A DNA stretch of 64,000 nucleotides, taken from NCBI GenBank assembly GCA_035602245.1, contig DATNMO010000022.1, positions 5,836 to 69,835 on the forward strand, written 5' to 3'. Under the pieces are notes generated by a model. It was not told the DNA's origin, searched no databases, and saw nothing but the letters and a program-made list of their open reading frames with translations. Position 1 is the first letter of the stretch; each line of letters starts with the position of its first letter. Below, one piece after another: positions 9,835 through 17,864 of the stretch. Source of the stretch: Gemmatimonadales bacterium (GTDB lineage: Bacteria > Gemmatimonadota > Gemmatimonadetes > Gemmatimonadales > GWC2-71-9). A program made the position numbers and the translations under genes.

Positions 9835-11774
9835 GGTCGCGGCTCGGCGAAAATCGTCACGGTCGAGCCTGTGGGAGCGCTCTCACCCGCCGCGGGCCAG
9901 GTGTGGTGGATGACGCCCCACCCTTTCACGACCACGTGAAAGCCGCGCCGATGCAGCGTGCGCGCCGCCTCGCGCAGCGGCCGCCCCGTCACATCGGGCA
10001 CGGTCCGCGCCGCCTGCACCTGACCACTGTCACGGACGTACGGCCACGGCACCACGTAAGGCACGAAACCGTCCGGTTCCTCGAGCGGGGCGCGCTCAGT
10101 CGCGGGCGCCACGTTGGAGAGGCGCGCGCGGTCGATCGCGACGGTGCGCGCGGCGAGCGCCTGCTCGAGCATCGAGCGGGTCACCGGGGCGGCGGTCTGG
10201 GCCGCGAAGTAGCTCCCCTTCTGGGGGTTGTCGATCTTCATCACGACCACGAGCTGCGGATCGTCGGCGGGAAAGAGCGCGGCGAACGACGCCGTGTACT
10301 GCCCCGGCGCATAGCGGCCGCCGACCACGCGGCGGGCGGTGCCCGTCTTGGCCGCGAGCTGGAAGTTCGCGAGCGCCGCCCGCTCGGCCGTCCCGCCCGC
10401 TTCCACCACGCCGCGCAGCAGATCCCGCAGCTTCGCGGCGACCTGCGACGTCACCACCCGCCGCACCGGCTCGGCGCGATGACGGTAGAGCACCGCCCCG
10501 TCCGGCGCCCGCACCTCGCGAATCAGCGTGGGCTGCAGCAGCACGCCGTTGTTCGCGATCGCGCCGTACGCGGCCGCCAGCTGGATCGGCGTGACCGCCA
10601 GCTCATAGCCGATGGCGAGGCTCGCGGAGCTGGGGCGGGTCCACTCGCGCGGCGGGCGCAGCCGTCCGGGCGATTCGGCGGGGAACTCGACGCCCGTGGG
10701 CGCGCCGAACCCGAAGGCGCGCAGCATGCCGTACTGTTCGTCGGGCCGGAGGCGGGCCGCGAACTTCACGAGGGCGATGTTGCTCGACACCCGAATCGCG
10801 TCCGCCAGCGTCAGCGTAGGCAGCGGATGCTCGTCGGTGACCACGCGGTCCGGCAGACGGTAGCGGCCCCCTTCGCCCGAGACCCGTTCGGTGGGCCGCA
10901 CCCGGTCGTGCGTGATCAGGGCCGCGGCGGCGAAGATCTTGGCGAGCGAGCCCGGCTCGAACGTCTCCGTGAAGGCGCTGGGCCGCATGCTGCCGCCTTC
11001 GCGCCGCGACGCGACGGCCAGCACCTCGCCCGTCGCGGGATCGAGCATCACGACGTCCCCGCCCTCGGCCTGCATGTGGTCGAGCGCATCGTCGAGCGCC
11101 CGCTGCGCGATCTCCTGCAATTCCGCGTCGAGCGTGAGCACGACGTCATGGCCGGCGACCGGCTCCGCGATCAGCCGAGCCGGCGATTCGTACTCGCGAC
11201 CCTCGCGGTCTTTCAATACCACCGCTGCCCCCGGCGTGCCGGCCAGCAGACTATCGAGCAGGCGCTCGAGCCCGCCCCCGCCGCCGGAGCCGCCGCGTCC
11301 GTCGTCTCCCACGCGGCCGATCACTGCGCGGGCGAGCTCGGCCGACGGATAGAAGCGGCGCAGCACCGGCTCCAGGTGCACGCCGCGGAGTCCACGCAGC
11401 GGCTGCACGTCCTGCGCCGTGAACGGCCCCGCGAACCACGCGTACCGCCGCCGCAGGGCACGGTCGAGATCGCCGGGCGCCACCCGTAGCTGGCGCGCGA
11501 GGAACGCCGCGTCGCGCCGCGCGTCCCGCAGCTCGTTGGGCGCGATCCCGACGTGATACGTCTCCTGCGTCAGCGCGATCGCGATGCCGTGACGATCGTA
11601 CAGCGCGCCGCGGCGCGCTTCGAGCACGACCCGCTCGGTACGCTGCGCCGCCGCCGCCGCGGCGTAGCGCCGACCTTCCACCAATTGCACCTGCCCCGCG
11701 CGCACCATCAGCGCCGCGAGGGCGGCGGCGAGGCCGATCTGGACGACACGCAGGCGGACGAGGGGCTTGGCCAT
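9831..11774 (-). CDS. ftsI: Class B penicillin-binding protein (FtsI/PBP3-type transpeptidase) with a C-terminal PASTA domain
   Basis: 647 aa. N-terminal TM anchor, SxxK (GSLAKIF), SxN (VSSNIA), KTGTA motifs. The last 57 aa, TVPDVTGRPLREAARTLHRRGFHVVVKGWGVIHH...GSTVTIFAE, look like a single PASTA repeat. Confidence 0.9.
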   Translation of the reverse strand: MAKPLVRLRVVQIGLAAALAALMVRAGQVQLVEGRRYAAAAAAQRTERVVLEARRGALYDRHGIAIALTQETYHVGIAPNELRDARRDAAFLARQLRVAPGDLDRALRRRYAWFAGPFTAQDVQPLRGLRGVHLEPVLRRFYPSAELARAVIGRVGDDGRGGSGGGGGLERLLDSLLAGTPGAAVVLKDREGREYESPARLIAEPVAGHDVVLTLDAELQEIAQRALDDALDHMQAEGGDVVMLDPATGEVLAVASRREGGSMRPSAFTETFEPGSLAKIFAAAALITHDRVRPTERVSGEGGRYRLPDRVVTDEHPLPTLTLADAIRVSSNIALVKFAARLRPDEQYGMLRAFGFGAPTGVEFPAESPGRLRPPREWTRPSSASLAIGYELAVTPIQLAAAYGAIANNGVLLQPTLIREVRAPDGAVLYRHRAEPVRRVVTSQVAAKLRDLLRGVVEAGGTAERAALANFQLAAKTGTARRVVGGRYAPGQYTASFAALFPADDPQLVVVMKIDNPQKGSYFAAQTAAPVTRSMLEQALAARTVAIDRARLSNVAPATERAPLEEPDGFVPYVVPWPYVRDSGQVQAARTVPDVTGRPLREAARTLHRRGFHVVVKGWGVIHHTWPAAGESAPTGSTVTIFAEPRP

Positions 11775-11776
11775 CG

Positions 11777-12058
11777 TCAGCGCGGAGGAGTCACAGGCAG
11801 CAAGATGATCTCGGTATCAGCAGGCAGCCGCAGCCCTTGGCGCTGTGCGCGCGGCAACAGCACCGCACGGCTCTGCGCGGTGCGGACGCGCCGGTCCAGA
11901 TCGGCGCGGCGGCCCTCGAGCGCGGACCGCTCCTCGCGCAGGTCCGTGAGTGCGCGCGCGGCGTTGAGCGCCGCCGTCTGCCGTGCGATCACGGCCCACA
12001 GCGCCGCGAGCAGCGCGATGAGCCAGAAGGCCACCCAGTGCCGGCCCTTAACTGCCAT
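11777..12058 (-). CDS. ftsL: Cell division protein FtsL-like (small bitopic coiled-coil protein)
   Basis: 93 aa. TM helix HWVAFWLIALLAALWAVIA followed by a coiled-coil. Sits in the canonical slot between rsmH and ftsI. Called by position and architecture only. Confidence 0.6.
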   Translation of the reverse strand: MAVKGRHWVAFWLIALLAALWAVIARQTAALNAARALTDLREERSALEGRRADLDRRVRTAQSRAVLLPRAQRQGLRLPADTEIILLPVTPPR

Positions 12059-12980
12059 CGCCCGTCTCGAAGATGCGGAACTGCGCCGATCGCGCCCGCG
12101 GATTCGCCGCTACTTCGCGGGCGTCGGGGACGATCGGCTTCTTGGTGAGCACGCGCCCCAGCGCGCGGCCACGGCACGTGCACACCGGCTGGCGCGGGGG
12201 GCAGATACAATCCCGGCTCCATTCGCGGAACTCGTGCTTGACGATGCGGTCCTCGCCGGAATGGTAGGTGATGACGCCCAGCCGCCCGCCCGGTTCGAGC
12301 GCGTCGCGGAACGCGGGGAGCGCCGTCGCCAGCGCATCGAACTCGCCGTTCACCGCGATGCGCAGCGCCTGAAACAGCCGCGCAAAGTCGGGGGCCCCCG
12401 AGCGCGGTCCCAGCACGGCGCGGATCGCATTCACATAATCATCGCTGATCGCGAACGGCGCGGAGAGCCGCCGCCGCAGGATCTCCTGCGCGAGCCGGCG
12501 CGCCCGCCGCTCATCCCCGTAGTCGGCAAACGCCGCCGTGAGCCGCTCCGCCGGCCAGCTGTTCAGGACGTCGCGGGCGCTTGGCCCGGCGCCGGGCGTC
12601 ATCCGCATGTCGAGCGGCGCCCCGGGACGAAAGGTAAAACCCCGCTCCGGGGTGTCGACCTGATGCGAGCTCACGCCCAGGTCGAGCAGAATGCGATCGG
12701 GCCGAAAGGCAAGGACGGCGGCCAGCGCGTCGGGGGTCGCGTACTCGGCGGCGACGTAGCGAATGCGGTCGTTGCCCAGTCGGGCACGGGCGGCCGCGAT
12801 CGCCGCGGGATCGCGATCGATGCCCAGGACCTCGGCTCCCGCTTCGCGGAGCACGGCCGCGTGACCGCCACCGCCCAGCGTCGCATCCACGGCGCGCCGG
12901 CTTCCCGTCACCCAGGTACGGACAGCTTCCGCGAGCACCGGGACGTGGTATGGGACGGGTGGCGAGGCGGCCGTGGGCAC
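12048..12980 (-). CDS. rsmH: 16S rRNA (cytosine1402-N4)-methyltransferase RsmH/MraW
   Basis: 310 aa. YHVPVLAEAV, TLGGGGHA (SAM site) and LLDLGVSSHQVD motifs. First gene of the dcw cluster here; no mraZ lies upstream. Confidence 0.92.
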   Translation of the reverse strand: MPTAASPPVPYHVPVLAEAVRTWVTGSRRAVDATLGGGGHAAVLREAGAEVLGIDRDPAAIAAARARLGNDRIRYVAAEYATPDALAAVLAFRPDRILLDLGVSSHQVDTPERGFTFRPGAPLDMRMTPGAGPSARDVLNSWPAERLTAAFADYGDERRARRLAQEILRRRLSAPFAISDDYVNAIRAVLGPRSGAPDFARLFQALRIAVNGEFDALATALPAFRDALEPGGRLGVITYHSGEDRIVKHEFREWSRDCICPPRQPVCTCRGRALGRVLTKKPIVPDAREVAANPRARSAQFRIFETGDGS

Positions 12981-12990
12981 GCTCCATAAT

Positions 12991-13014
12991 AAGAAAACGG
13001 CCCCGCCTGCGGGG
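12991..13014 (-). terminator. Possible intrinsic terminator after tRNA-Asp
   Basis: The minus strand reads CCCCG-CAGG-CGGGG (5-bp GC stem, tetraloop; 13014-13001), then CCG TTTTCTT (12997-12991). The stem is short, so this is weak. The U-tract ends about 10 nt before the rsmH start. Confidence 0.3.
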
Positions 13015-13031
13015 GCAGACGGAGCCTGGAG

Positions 13032-13105
13032 CGGGGCTGACGGGGATCGAACCCGCGACCTCCGGTGTGACAGACCGGCACTCTAACCAGCTGAGCTACA
13101 GCCCC
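13032..13105 (-). tRNA. tRNA-Asp (anticodon GTC)
   Basis: Hand-folded cloverleaf: acceptor GGGGCTG/CAGCCCC, D arm GCTC-AGCTGGTTA-GAGT, anticodon arm CCGGT-CTGTCAC-ACCGG, T arm GCGGG-TTCGATC-CCCGT, discriminator G. CCA is not encoded. Confidence 0.9.
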
Positions 13106-13119
13106 CTACGGAGCGCCGG

Positions 13120-13148
13120 AATATAGACGCGGCTTCAGGTCAATTCAA
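13120..13148 (-). promoter_or_regulatory. Candidate sigma70-type promoter for tRNA-Asp
   Basis: The minus strand reads TTGAAT (13148-13143), a 17-nt spacer, then TATATT (13125-13120), ending 14 nt before the mature tRNA 5' end. The -35 element overlaps the stop codon of the upstream TPR gene. Motif match only. Confidence 0.35.
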
Positions 13149-14951
13149 CGGCGGCTTGCACTTGAACGCTTTTTGGACCTGGGGCTTTGCCTTCTCGTAT
13201 TGCGCCACGAATCCCAGCATCTGGTCCGCCGTCGGCGGATGGACGCGCCGCCCTAACAGGAGCGCGGCCTTCGTGCGCGCGAGCCGGTCGAACACCGTTT
13301 TGGCCTCGTCGCAACGGTTCGGCCCCTTGGCCTTTGTCATTTCCTGATAGGACTTGTTCAAGGTCAACACCGACGACAGGCCGTACCAGAAGCTGGCGTT
13401 GATGCGCACCTGGTAGCGCGGACCGAGCGTATCGATCGGCGCGCGCGGCGCGACGACCTGTAAGAGCGTGTCGAGCCAGACGTAAGCGCGGTCGTAGGCA
13501 CCGGCCTGGGCAAGCTTCGAGCCGCCGGTCAGCATGATGACCGCGGCCGCGAGCCGCTGCGTCGAATCGCTCGAGGCAAGTCCCGGCCGCAAGTAGGGGC
13601 GCGCTGAATCCACGCGCGCCGCGAATTCGCCGCGCACCCGGGACAGGGCAGCCGTATCCGTTTTCAGCCGGTTCGCGGCAGCCGTGTCCCAGGCCGCCCG
13701 GTCAATGATCGTTTTCGCGATCTGCAGGCTGGTGCCCACGTCGTTCGGCTCGAGCGTCAGCGCCTTCTTGTAGACGGCGAGGGCCGAATCGGCCATTCCC
13801 GCGAGCTCGAACGCCGCCGCGCGCGCCCTGATGAAGCTGCCGTTGTTCGGGAAGTTGCGGACCGCTGCACCGGTCAGCTTGAGCAGCGCTTGTGTATCGG
13901 AGACCTGCTGGGCACCCCCCATCGCCGTCTTGAGGAAGGAGCTGTCCGCGAGCAGCGTCGAATCGTTGTGGGCCTTGGCCATCAGGCCGTCGAGGGCGCA
14001 TCGGTACAGCGAGCCTTCGATGCAGATCGTCGTCTTGAGCTCGAGCAGCTGCGGATCGGCGGGGCTGACCTTGAGGCCTTCGTCGACCACTTCGATGGCG
14101 CGCTGGTATTGCTTCATCTGGCGCAACAGCTGCGCGATGCCGAGCCGCTTGCTCGTATTCCGGGGTTCACCCGCGAGCTGGTGGATGAACGCCTCGATCG
14201 CCTTGAGCGTATCGCCCTTCTGCTGGTAGCCGCGCGCGATGTTCTCCCACGCGGTGCCGTTGAGCGAATCCCCTGCCAAGGCGCGCTGCGACTCCGCAAT
14301 CACGCTGTCCACGGGCATCCGCTGCGATTCGTAGATATACGCGATGCAGAGATGCGCGGCGGTCGAGCTGGGGTCGATCGCGAGCGCCTTTTGCGCGGCG
14401 CCGCGGGCGCGGGCGAATTGGCTTTTCTGGCGCTCGCTCGTGCACTCGCGCACTCCCTCGCTCGCGCGGATGATGGTGGCGACCCGCTGCGCGATCGCGT
14501 CGGCGAGCGCCGCGGCGGTGCCCGGGTTGCCGTTCGTCGCGGTGAAGCTCGCCGCCATCCCGGAGCTGCCGATATCGATCACGCGCACCTTGGCGGTCAG
14601 CGCGTTGCCGCTCTTCTCGAAGGAACCGGTGACGTATGCATTGACGGTAAGGAACCGCGCGAGCTGCCGCGCCTGCTGATCGTCGAGCAGCACGTCGCAG
14701 GGGAAACCCGATGCCTTCAGCGCTTCGCACACCTTGGCCTTGGGAACAACCGTCACGTTGTTCTTGGCCAGCTGGCTGATGCGGTCGCGAATCGCATCCG
14801 CGAGGACGATGCTCGCGGCCGAGTCGGCCGACGCCGCCGTGAATGGCAGCACGAGGAGTTTCTCGGTCGGCTCCTGTCTGGCGGCGAGCTGGGCGGACGC
14901 GATCCCCGCCACTGCGGCCATCAGGGCCATTACCAATCGAAGCGCTCTCAC
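13140..14951 (-). CDS. Secreted TPR-repeat protein (function unknown)
   Basis: 603 aa. Signal peptide MRALRLVMALMAAVAGIASA/QL. Multiple TPR-like helical repeats (e.g. AIEAFIHQLAGEPRNTSKRLGIAQLL, ALAVYKKALTLEPNDV). GTG start with GGAGGA 8 nt upstream. Flanked by two tRNA genes. Confidence 0.8.
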   Translation of the reverse strand: MRALRLVMALMAAVAGIASAQLAARQEPTEKLLVLPFTAASADSAASIVLADAIRDRISQLAKNNVTVVPKAKVCEALKASGFPCDVLLDDQQARQLARFLTVNAYVTGSFEKSGNALTAKVRVIDIGSSGMAASFTATNGNPGTAAALADAIAQRVATIIRASEGVRECTSERQKSQFARARGAAQKALAIDPSSTAAHLCIAYIYESQRMPVDSVIAESQRALAGDSLNGTAWENIARGYQQKGDTLKAIEAFIHQLAGEPRNTSKRLGIAQLLRQMKQYQRAIEVVDEGLKVSPADPQLLELKTTICIEGSLYRCALDGLMAKAHNDSTLLADSSFLKTAMGGAQQVSDTQALLKLTGAAVRNFPNNGSFIRARAAAFELAGMADSALAVYKKALTLEPNDVGTSLQIAKTIIDRAAWDTAAANRLKTDTAALSRVRGEFAARVDSARPYLRPGLASSDSTQRLAAAVIMLTGGSKLAQAGAYDRAYVWLDTLLQVVAPRAPIDTLGPRYQVRINASFWYGLSSVLTLNKSYQEMTKAKGPNRCDEAKTVFDRLARTKAALLLGRRVHPPTADQMLGFVAQYEKAKPQVQKAFKCKPPLN

Positions 14952-14985
14952 CTGGTCGTTCCTCCGTTACAAGCTGCTACACCAA

Positions 14986-15059
14986 TGGGCGAAGAGGGAT
15001 TCGAACCCCCGACATCCTGCGTGTAAGGCAGGCGCTCTGAACCGCTGAGCTATTCGCCC
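14986..15059 (-). tRNA. tRNA-Val (anticodon TAC)
   Basis: Hand-folded: acceptor GGGCGAA/TTCGCCC, D arm GCTC-AGCGGTTCA-GAGC, anticodon arm CCTGC-CTTACAC-GCAGG, T arm GGGGG-TTCGAAT-CCCTC, discriminator A. No encoded CCA. Confidence 0.9.
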
Positions 15060-15083
15060 GTGCCATAGAGGAGAGCGAGGGTG

Positions 15084-15269
15084 CTAGAGGGCCAAGCCTA
15101 CCGGAAACAGCACGCAGTAGCCGAGGACGAGCAGCACCGGCGCGAGCGTTGTGGATCCCTTCGACAAGAGCCAATAGCCGATGGCGAGCGATAGCACCGC
15201 CCCGCCCAGGACGAAATAATTCCGTGGGCCGAAGCGGAGGCGTGAGCGGGCGAGTGTTTGCTCTGGCAT
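15084..15269 (-). CDS. Small two-TM membrane protein (DUF3098-like)
   Basis: 61 aa: RFGPRNYFVLGGAVLSLAIGYWLLSKG...LAPVLLVLGYCVLFPVGLAL. Two hydrophobic helices in the pattern I remember for DUF3098 of Bacteroidota. Short ORF, so moderate confidence. Confidence 0.5.
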   Translation of the reverse strand: MPEQTLARSRLRFGPRNYFVLGGAVLSLAIGYWLLSKGSTTLAPVLLVLGYCVLFPVGLAL

Positions 15270-15281
15270 GGCGGCTGGAGT

Positions 15282-16094
15282 CTATTCGTCAATCTCAAGC
15301 TCGTCAAGCAGTTGGCCGTCATCCAACGCGGCGCGCCGGGCCTGGTCGCGGCGCCTCCGGAACATCACCAGCGCGACCAGGATCGCACCGATGGCAAGCC
15401 AGAAGAACCCCATGGCGGCCGCCCAGGACAGCCAGCCGTACCGCGACGCCACGTCCCGCTGCCAGCGCTGCTCGAAGTCGCCTTCCGTCATGTGGTAGGT
15501 GGCGCGCAGCGCCGCGTCGAACGTCTCCGCCTGTGGCAGGTTCGCGAGCAGCGGCGCGAGACCGCGCGCTCCTCCCCACCGATGGAGCAGCAGCACGGCG
15601 GTAGCCGCGAGCGCATAGCCGGTCTCCGCGTCCCCGCGCGCGCCACGCAACGCGCGATCCACGTCGTCGAGATTCATGCGCACGCCGCGGGCCAGCTGCC
15701 AGTTGAGCCGCAGCGCGTCGAGCCGATCCCACTCCTCCGCGGCGACGGCGGCATACCCCTCCTCGAACCAGAGCGGCACCTGACGTCCGACGTGCCAACG
15801 CAACGCCAGATGCGCGAGCTCGTGTCGTAAAGCGACGGCCAGACGGTCGGACGGCCCGACGGCCAACAGTACGACGACTCCGGCGTCCGGAAAGGCGGCG
15901 CCCTCGCTCCACAGCGGCAGCCGGCCGCGCGTGAGCGAGTCGTAGCGCTGGCGTGTGGATGCGAGGATCAGGCGAATCGGGTGATCGGGCAACGCGCCGA
16001 TGCCGGGGAAGCCGGTCGCGTGGTCCACGATCTCTGCGAACGAGGCGGCGATCGCTTCTTGACCGGGCCACGCCACGGCAGTTACACGGCCCAC
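15282..16094 (-). CDS. Putative zinc metallopeptidase (HExxH) with C-terminal TM anchor
   Basis: 270 aa. LRHELAHLALRWH (HExxH) followed by WFEEGYA. C-terminal helix WLSWAAAMGFFWLAIGAILVALVMF. The N-terminus is uncertain: the reading frame stays open upstream through a signal-peptide-like RLALIALLLQGPTVVQ with no canonical start. Confidence 0.7.
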   Translation of the reverse strand: MGRVTAVAWPGQEAIAASFAEIVDHATGFPGIGALPDHPIRLILASTRQRYDSLTRGRLPLWSEGAAFPDAGVVVLLAVGPSDRLAVALRHELAHLALRWHVGRQVPLWFEEGYAAVAAEEWDRLDALRLNWQLARGVRMNLDDVDRALRGARGDAETGYALAATAVLLLHRWGGARGLAPLLANLPQAETFDAALRATYHMTEGDFEQRWQRDVASRYGWLSWAAAMGFFWLAIGAILVALVMFRRRRDQARRAALDDGQLLDELEIDE

Positions 16095-16135
16095 CTGTAC
16101 GACCGTCGGGCCCTGCAGCAGCAGGGCGATGAGCG

Positions 16136-16999
16136 CTAGTCTCGCGGCGGCTCCTCGCCCTTAGCGACCAGCTCGAGCATCTCCTGACACTTCTTGCCCC
16201 AGGGATTGAATTTGTTGGCCTTGAATCCTTCTTCCCACGTGGTTTTGGCCTTCGCCTGGTCGCCGGCGAACCAGTGTGCGCGGCCCAGCTCGTAGTAGGC
16301 CTCGATCAGGTTGGGCCCGAGCTTGATGGTTTTCTGGAAGAAGGTCTGCGCATCCTCGTACATCTCGCGCTGCAGGTAGACGAGCCCGAGATAGAAATGG
16401 GCGTAGAGCGAGGCTTTCTTGTCGTTGGCGAGCCGGATGGCCTTGGACAGATGCTCGATCGCCTCGCCGAAGATCCGCTTCTTCAGGCAGATGTAGCCGA
16501 CGTTGATGCGCGCCAGCGAGTTCGCGGGCTCCTTCATCAAGACTTTTTGGAAGGTCCCGAGGGCGTCGTCGTAATCCTCGTGCAGCATTTGCGCCCAGCC
16601 GAGCAGCGATTCCGCCTGGGTCTCGCCGGGCGAGAGCTGCAGCGCTCGCTGCAGCGACGAGATCGCGCCGGCGTGGTCGCCGAGCGAGATCAGGCTCCAG
16701 CCCTTCTCGATGAAGGTCGAGGCGCCGATGTGATCGGCATGGACGACGGGGCGTTGGCCGGTGAACTCGGGGGCGGCCGCCTGCTTGGTGTCGGCGGTGA
16801 TCTGCTTGTAGCGATCCACGAGCTGGCGGATTTCATCCTTGAGCTGCGTCAGCTCGCCGAGCATGCCGTCCACTTTCTTGAAGTAGGCGATGATCTCGCG
16901 TTTGGCGGCTTCCCGCTCGGCTGTGCCCGGCGCCCCGTCGAGCTGACGCGCGATGGCATCGTATTCCCTTCGCAGGACCATGATCGGCGACTCGGTCAT
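16136..16999 (-). CDS. Coiled-coil + TPR protein, last gene of the Che/Mgl operon
   Basis: 287 aa. N-terminal coiled-coil (LGELTQLKDEIRQLVDRYKQI), then about 5 TPR units (AISSLQRALQLSPGETQA..., AQTFFQKTIKLGPNLIEAYYELG). The ATG overlaps the cheW stop (ATGA). Confidence 0.8.
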   Translation of the reverse strand: MTESPIMVLRREYDAIARQLDGAPGTAEREAAKREIIAYFKKVDGMLGELTQLKDEIRQLVDRYKQITADTKQAAAPEFTGQRPVVHADHIGASTFIEKGWSLISLGDHAGAISSLQRALQLSPGETQAESLLGWAQMLHEDYDDALGTFQKVLMKEPANSLARINVGYICLKKRIFGEAIEHLSKAIRLANDKKASLYAHFYLGLVYLQREMYEDAQTFFQKTIKLGPNLIEAYYELGRAHWFAGDQAKAKTTWEEGFKANKFNPWGKKCQEMLELVAKGEEPPRD

Positions 17000-17460
17000 G
17001 TCGCTCCTTGCAGCGCCAGCTTTTCCTTGGACGTCAGCAGTTTGTTGGTGTTGAGCACGATGATCGTACGCCCGTTCTTGACGACGAGCCCGGTGATGTA
17101 CTCGGCCGCGAGTCCCTTGACGATGCCGGGCGGCGGCGTCACCTCCTGCGCGGGGACCTGCATCACTTCCGTGACTGCATCCACGACGATGCCGATTTTG
17201 CCGCCTTCGAATTCGAGGATCATGGTGCGCGTATCGTCGCGCAGCGGCGCCGCCGCGCCGAGGCGCTTGCGCAGATCCACCAACGGCACGGCGCCGCCTT
17301 GATACCGGAGAATGCCCTCGAGATACTCCGGCGCCTTCGGGAGCGGCGCCGGCGCCTCGTATCGCAAGATGCGCTCCACTTGAAAGATGTTGAAGCCGAA
17401 GTCCTGGCCGCCCACCTTGAAGGTGACCAATTGAACGTCGTCGCCGGCGGTGGTCGTCAC
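16996..17460 (-). CDS. cheW: Chemotaxis coupling protein CheW
   Basis: CheW-domain sequence VQLVTFKVGGQDFGFNIFQVERILRYE...LEGILRYQGGAVPLVDLRKRLG. Start chosen at GTG 17460-17458 (GTGA overlap with the upstream cheW-like stop). The ORF-track start at 17538 adds 26 Arg/Gly-rich residues. Confidence 0.85.
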   Translation of the reverse strand: MTTTAGDDVQLVTFKVGGQDFGFNIFQVERILRYEAPAPLPKAPEYLEGILRYQGGAVPLVDLRKRLGAAAPLRDDTRTMILEFEGGKIGIVVDAVTEVMQVPAQEVTPPPGIVKGLAAEYITGLVVKNGRTIIVLNTNKLLTSKEKLALQGAT

Positions 17461-17864
17461 GCGAGCCGGTCCCCCAGCGCGTCCAGGTCGAGGATTGGCA
17501 CGAGTGCGCCGCCGTGCTCCGCCACGCCCGCCGCCCACGGCAGCGTCTGGCCCCGCGGCACCGGCAGCGACGGCTCCCGCACTACCGCATCGGCGTCGTC
17601 CACCTCAAAGGCGACCTGCCGCCCCCCTCCCAGTTCGACCAGGACGACGGTGCCGCCAGCCTCCGCGGGGGCCGGGCGGCCGGTGAGAAACGCCCCCAGA
17701 TGGATCAGGGGCACGAGGCGCCCGCGCAGCGGCGTGAGCCCGCGGACCGCCGGCATCGAACGAGGGACATCCAGCACTTCCTGCGCGTCCCCCACCTCGA
17801 GCACCTTGGCGACGGGCAGACCGTACGACTTGCCCTCCGCGCGCACCAGCAGATAGCCCTTCAT
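17457..17864 (-). CDS. CheW-like domain protein (short, divergent)
   Basis: 135 aa: [21 protein letters not shown]...[21 protein letters not shown] matches the CheW-fold pattern. The ATG overlaps the cheB stop (ATGA). Confidence 0.8.
   Translation of the reverse strand: MKGYLLVRAEGKSYGLPVAKVLEVGDAQEVLDVPRSMPAVRGLTPLRGRLVPLIHLGAFLTGRPAPAEAGGTVVLVELGGGRQVAFEVDDADAVVREPSLPVPRGQTLPWAAGVAEHGGALVPILDLDALGDRLA

Noticed and set aside
12978-12997. TATTAT just upstream of the rsmH GTG as a -10 box for a leaderless dcw mRNA
   Set aside because: No acceptable -35 element lies 16-18 nt upstream (the sequence there is the GC hairpin). The idea rests on a single hexamer, so it is kept only as part of the read-through hypothesis.
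13032-15059. tRNA-flanked TPR gene (tRNA-Val ... tRNA-Asp), and tRNA(CAT) next to paralogous lipoproteins, as possible integrated genomic islands
   Set aside because: No integrase, transposase, phage or plasmid gene and no direct repeat of a tRNA 3' end was seen anywhere in the window. The flanked genes look like ordinary chromosomal genes.
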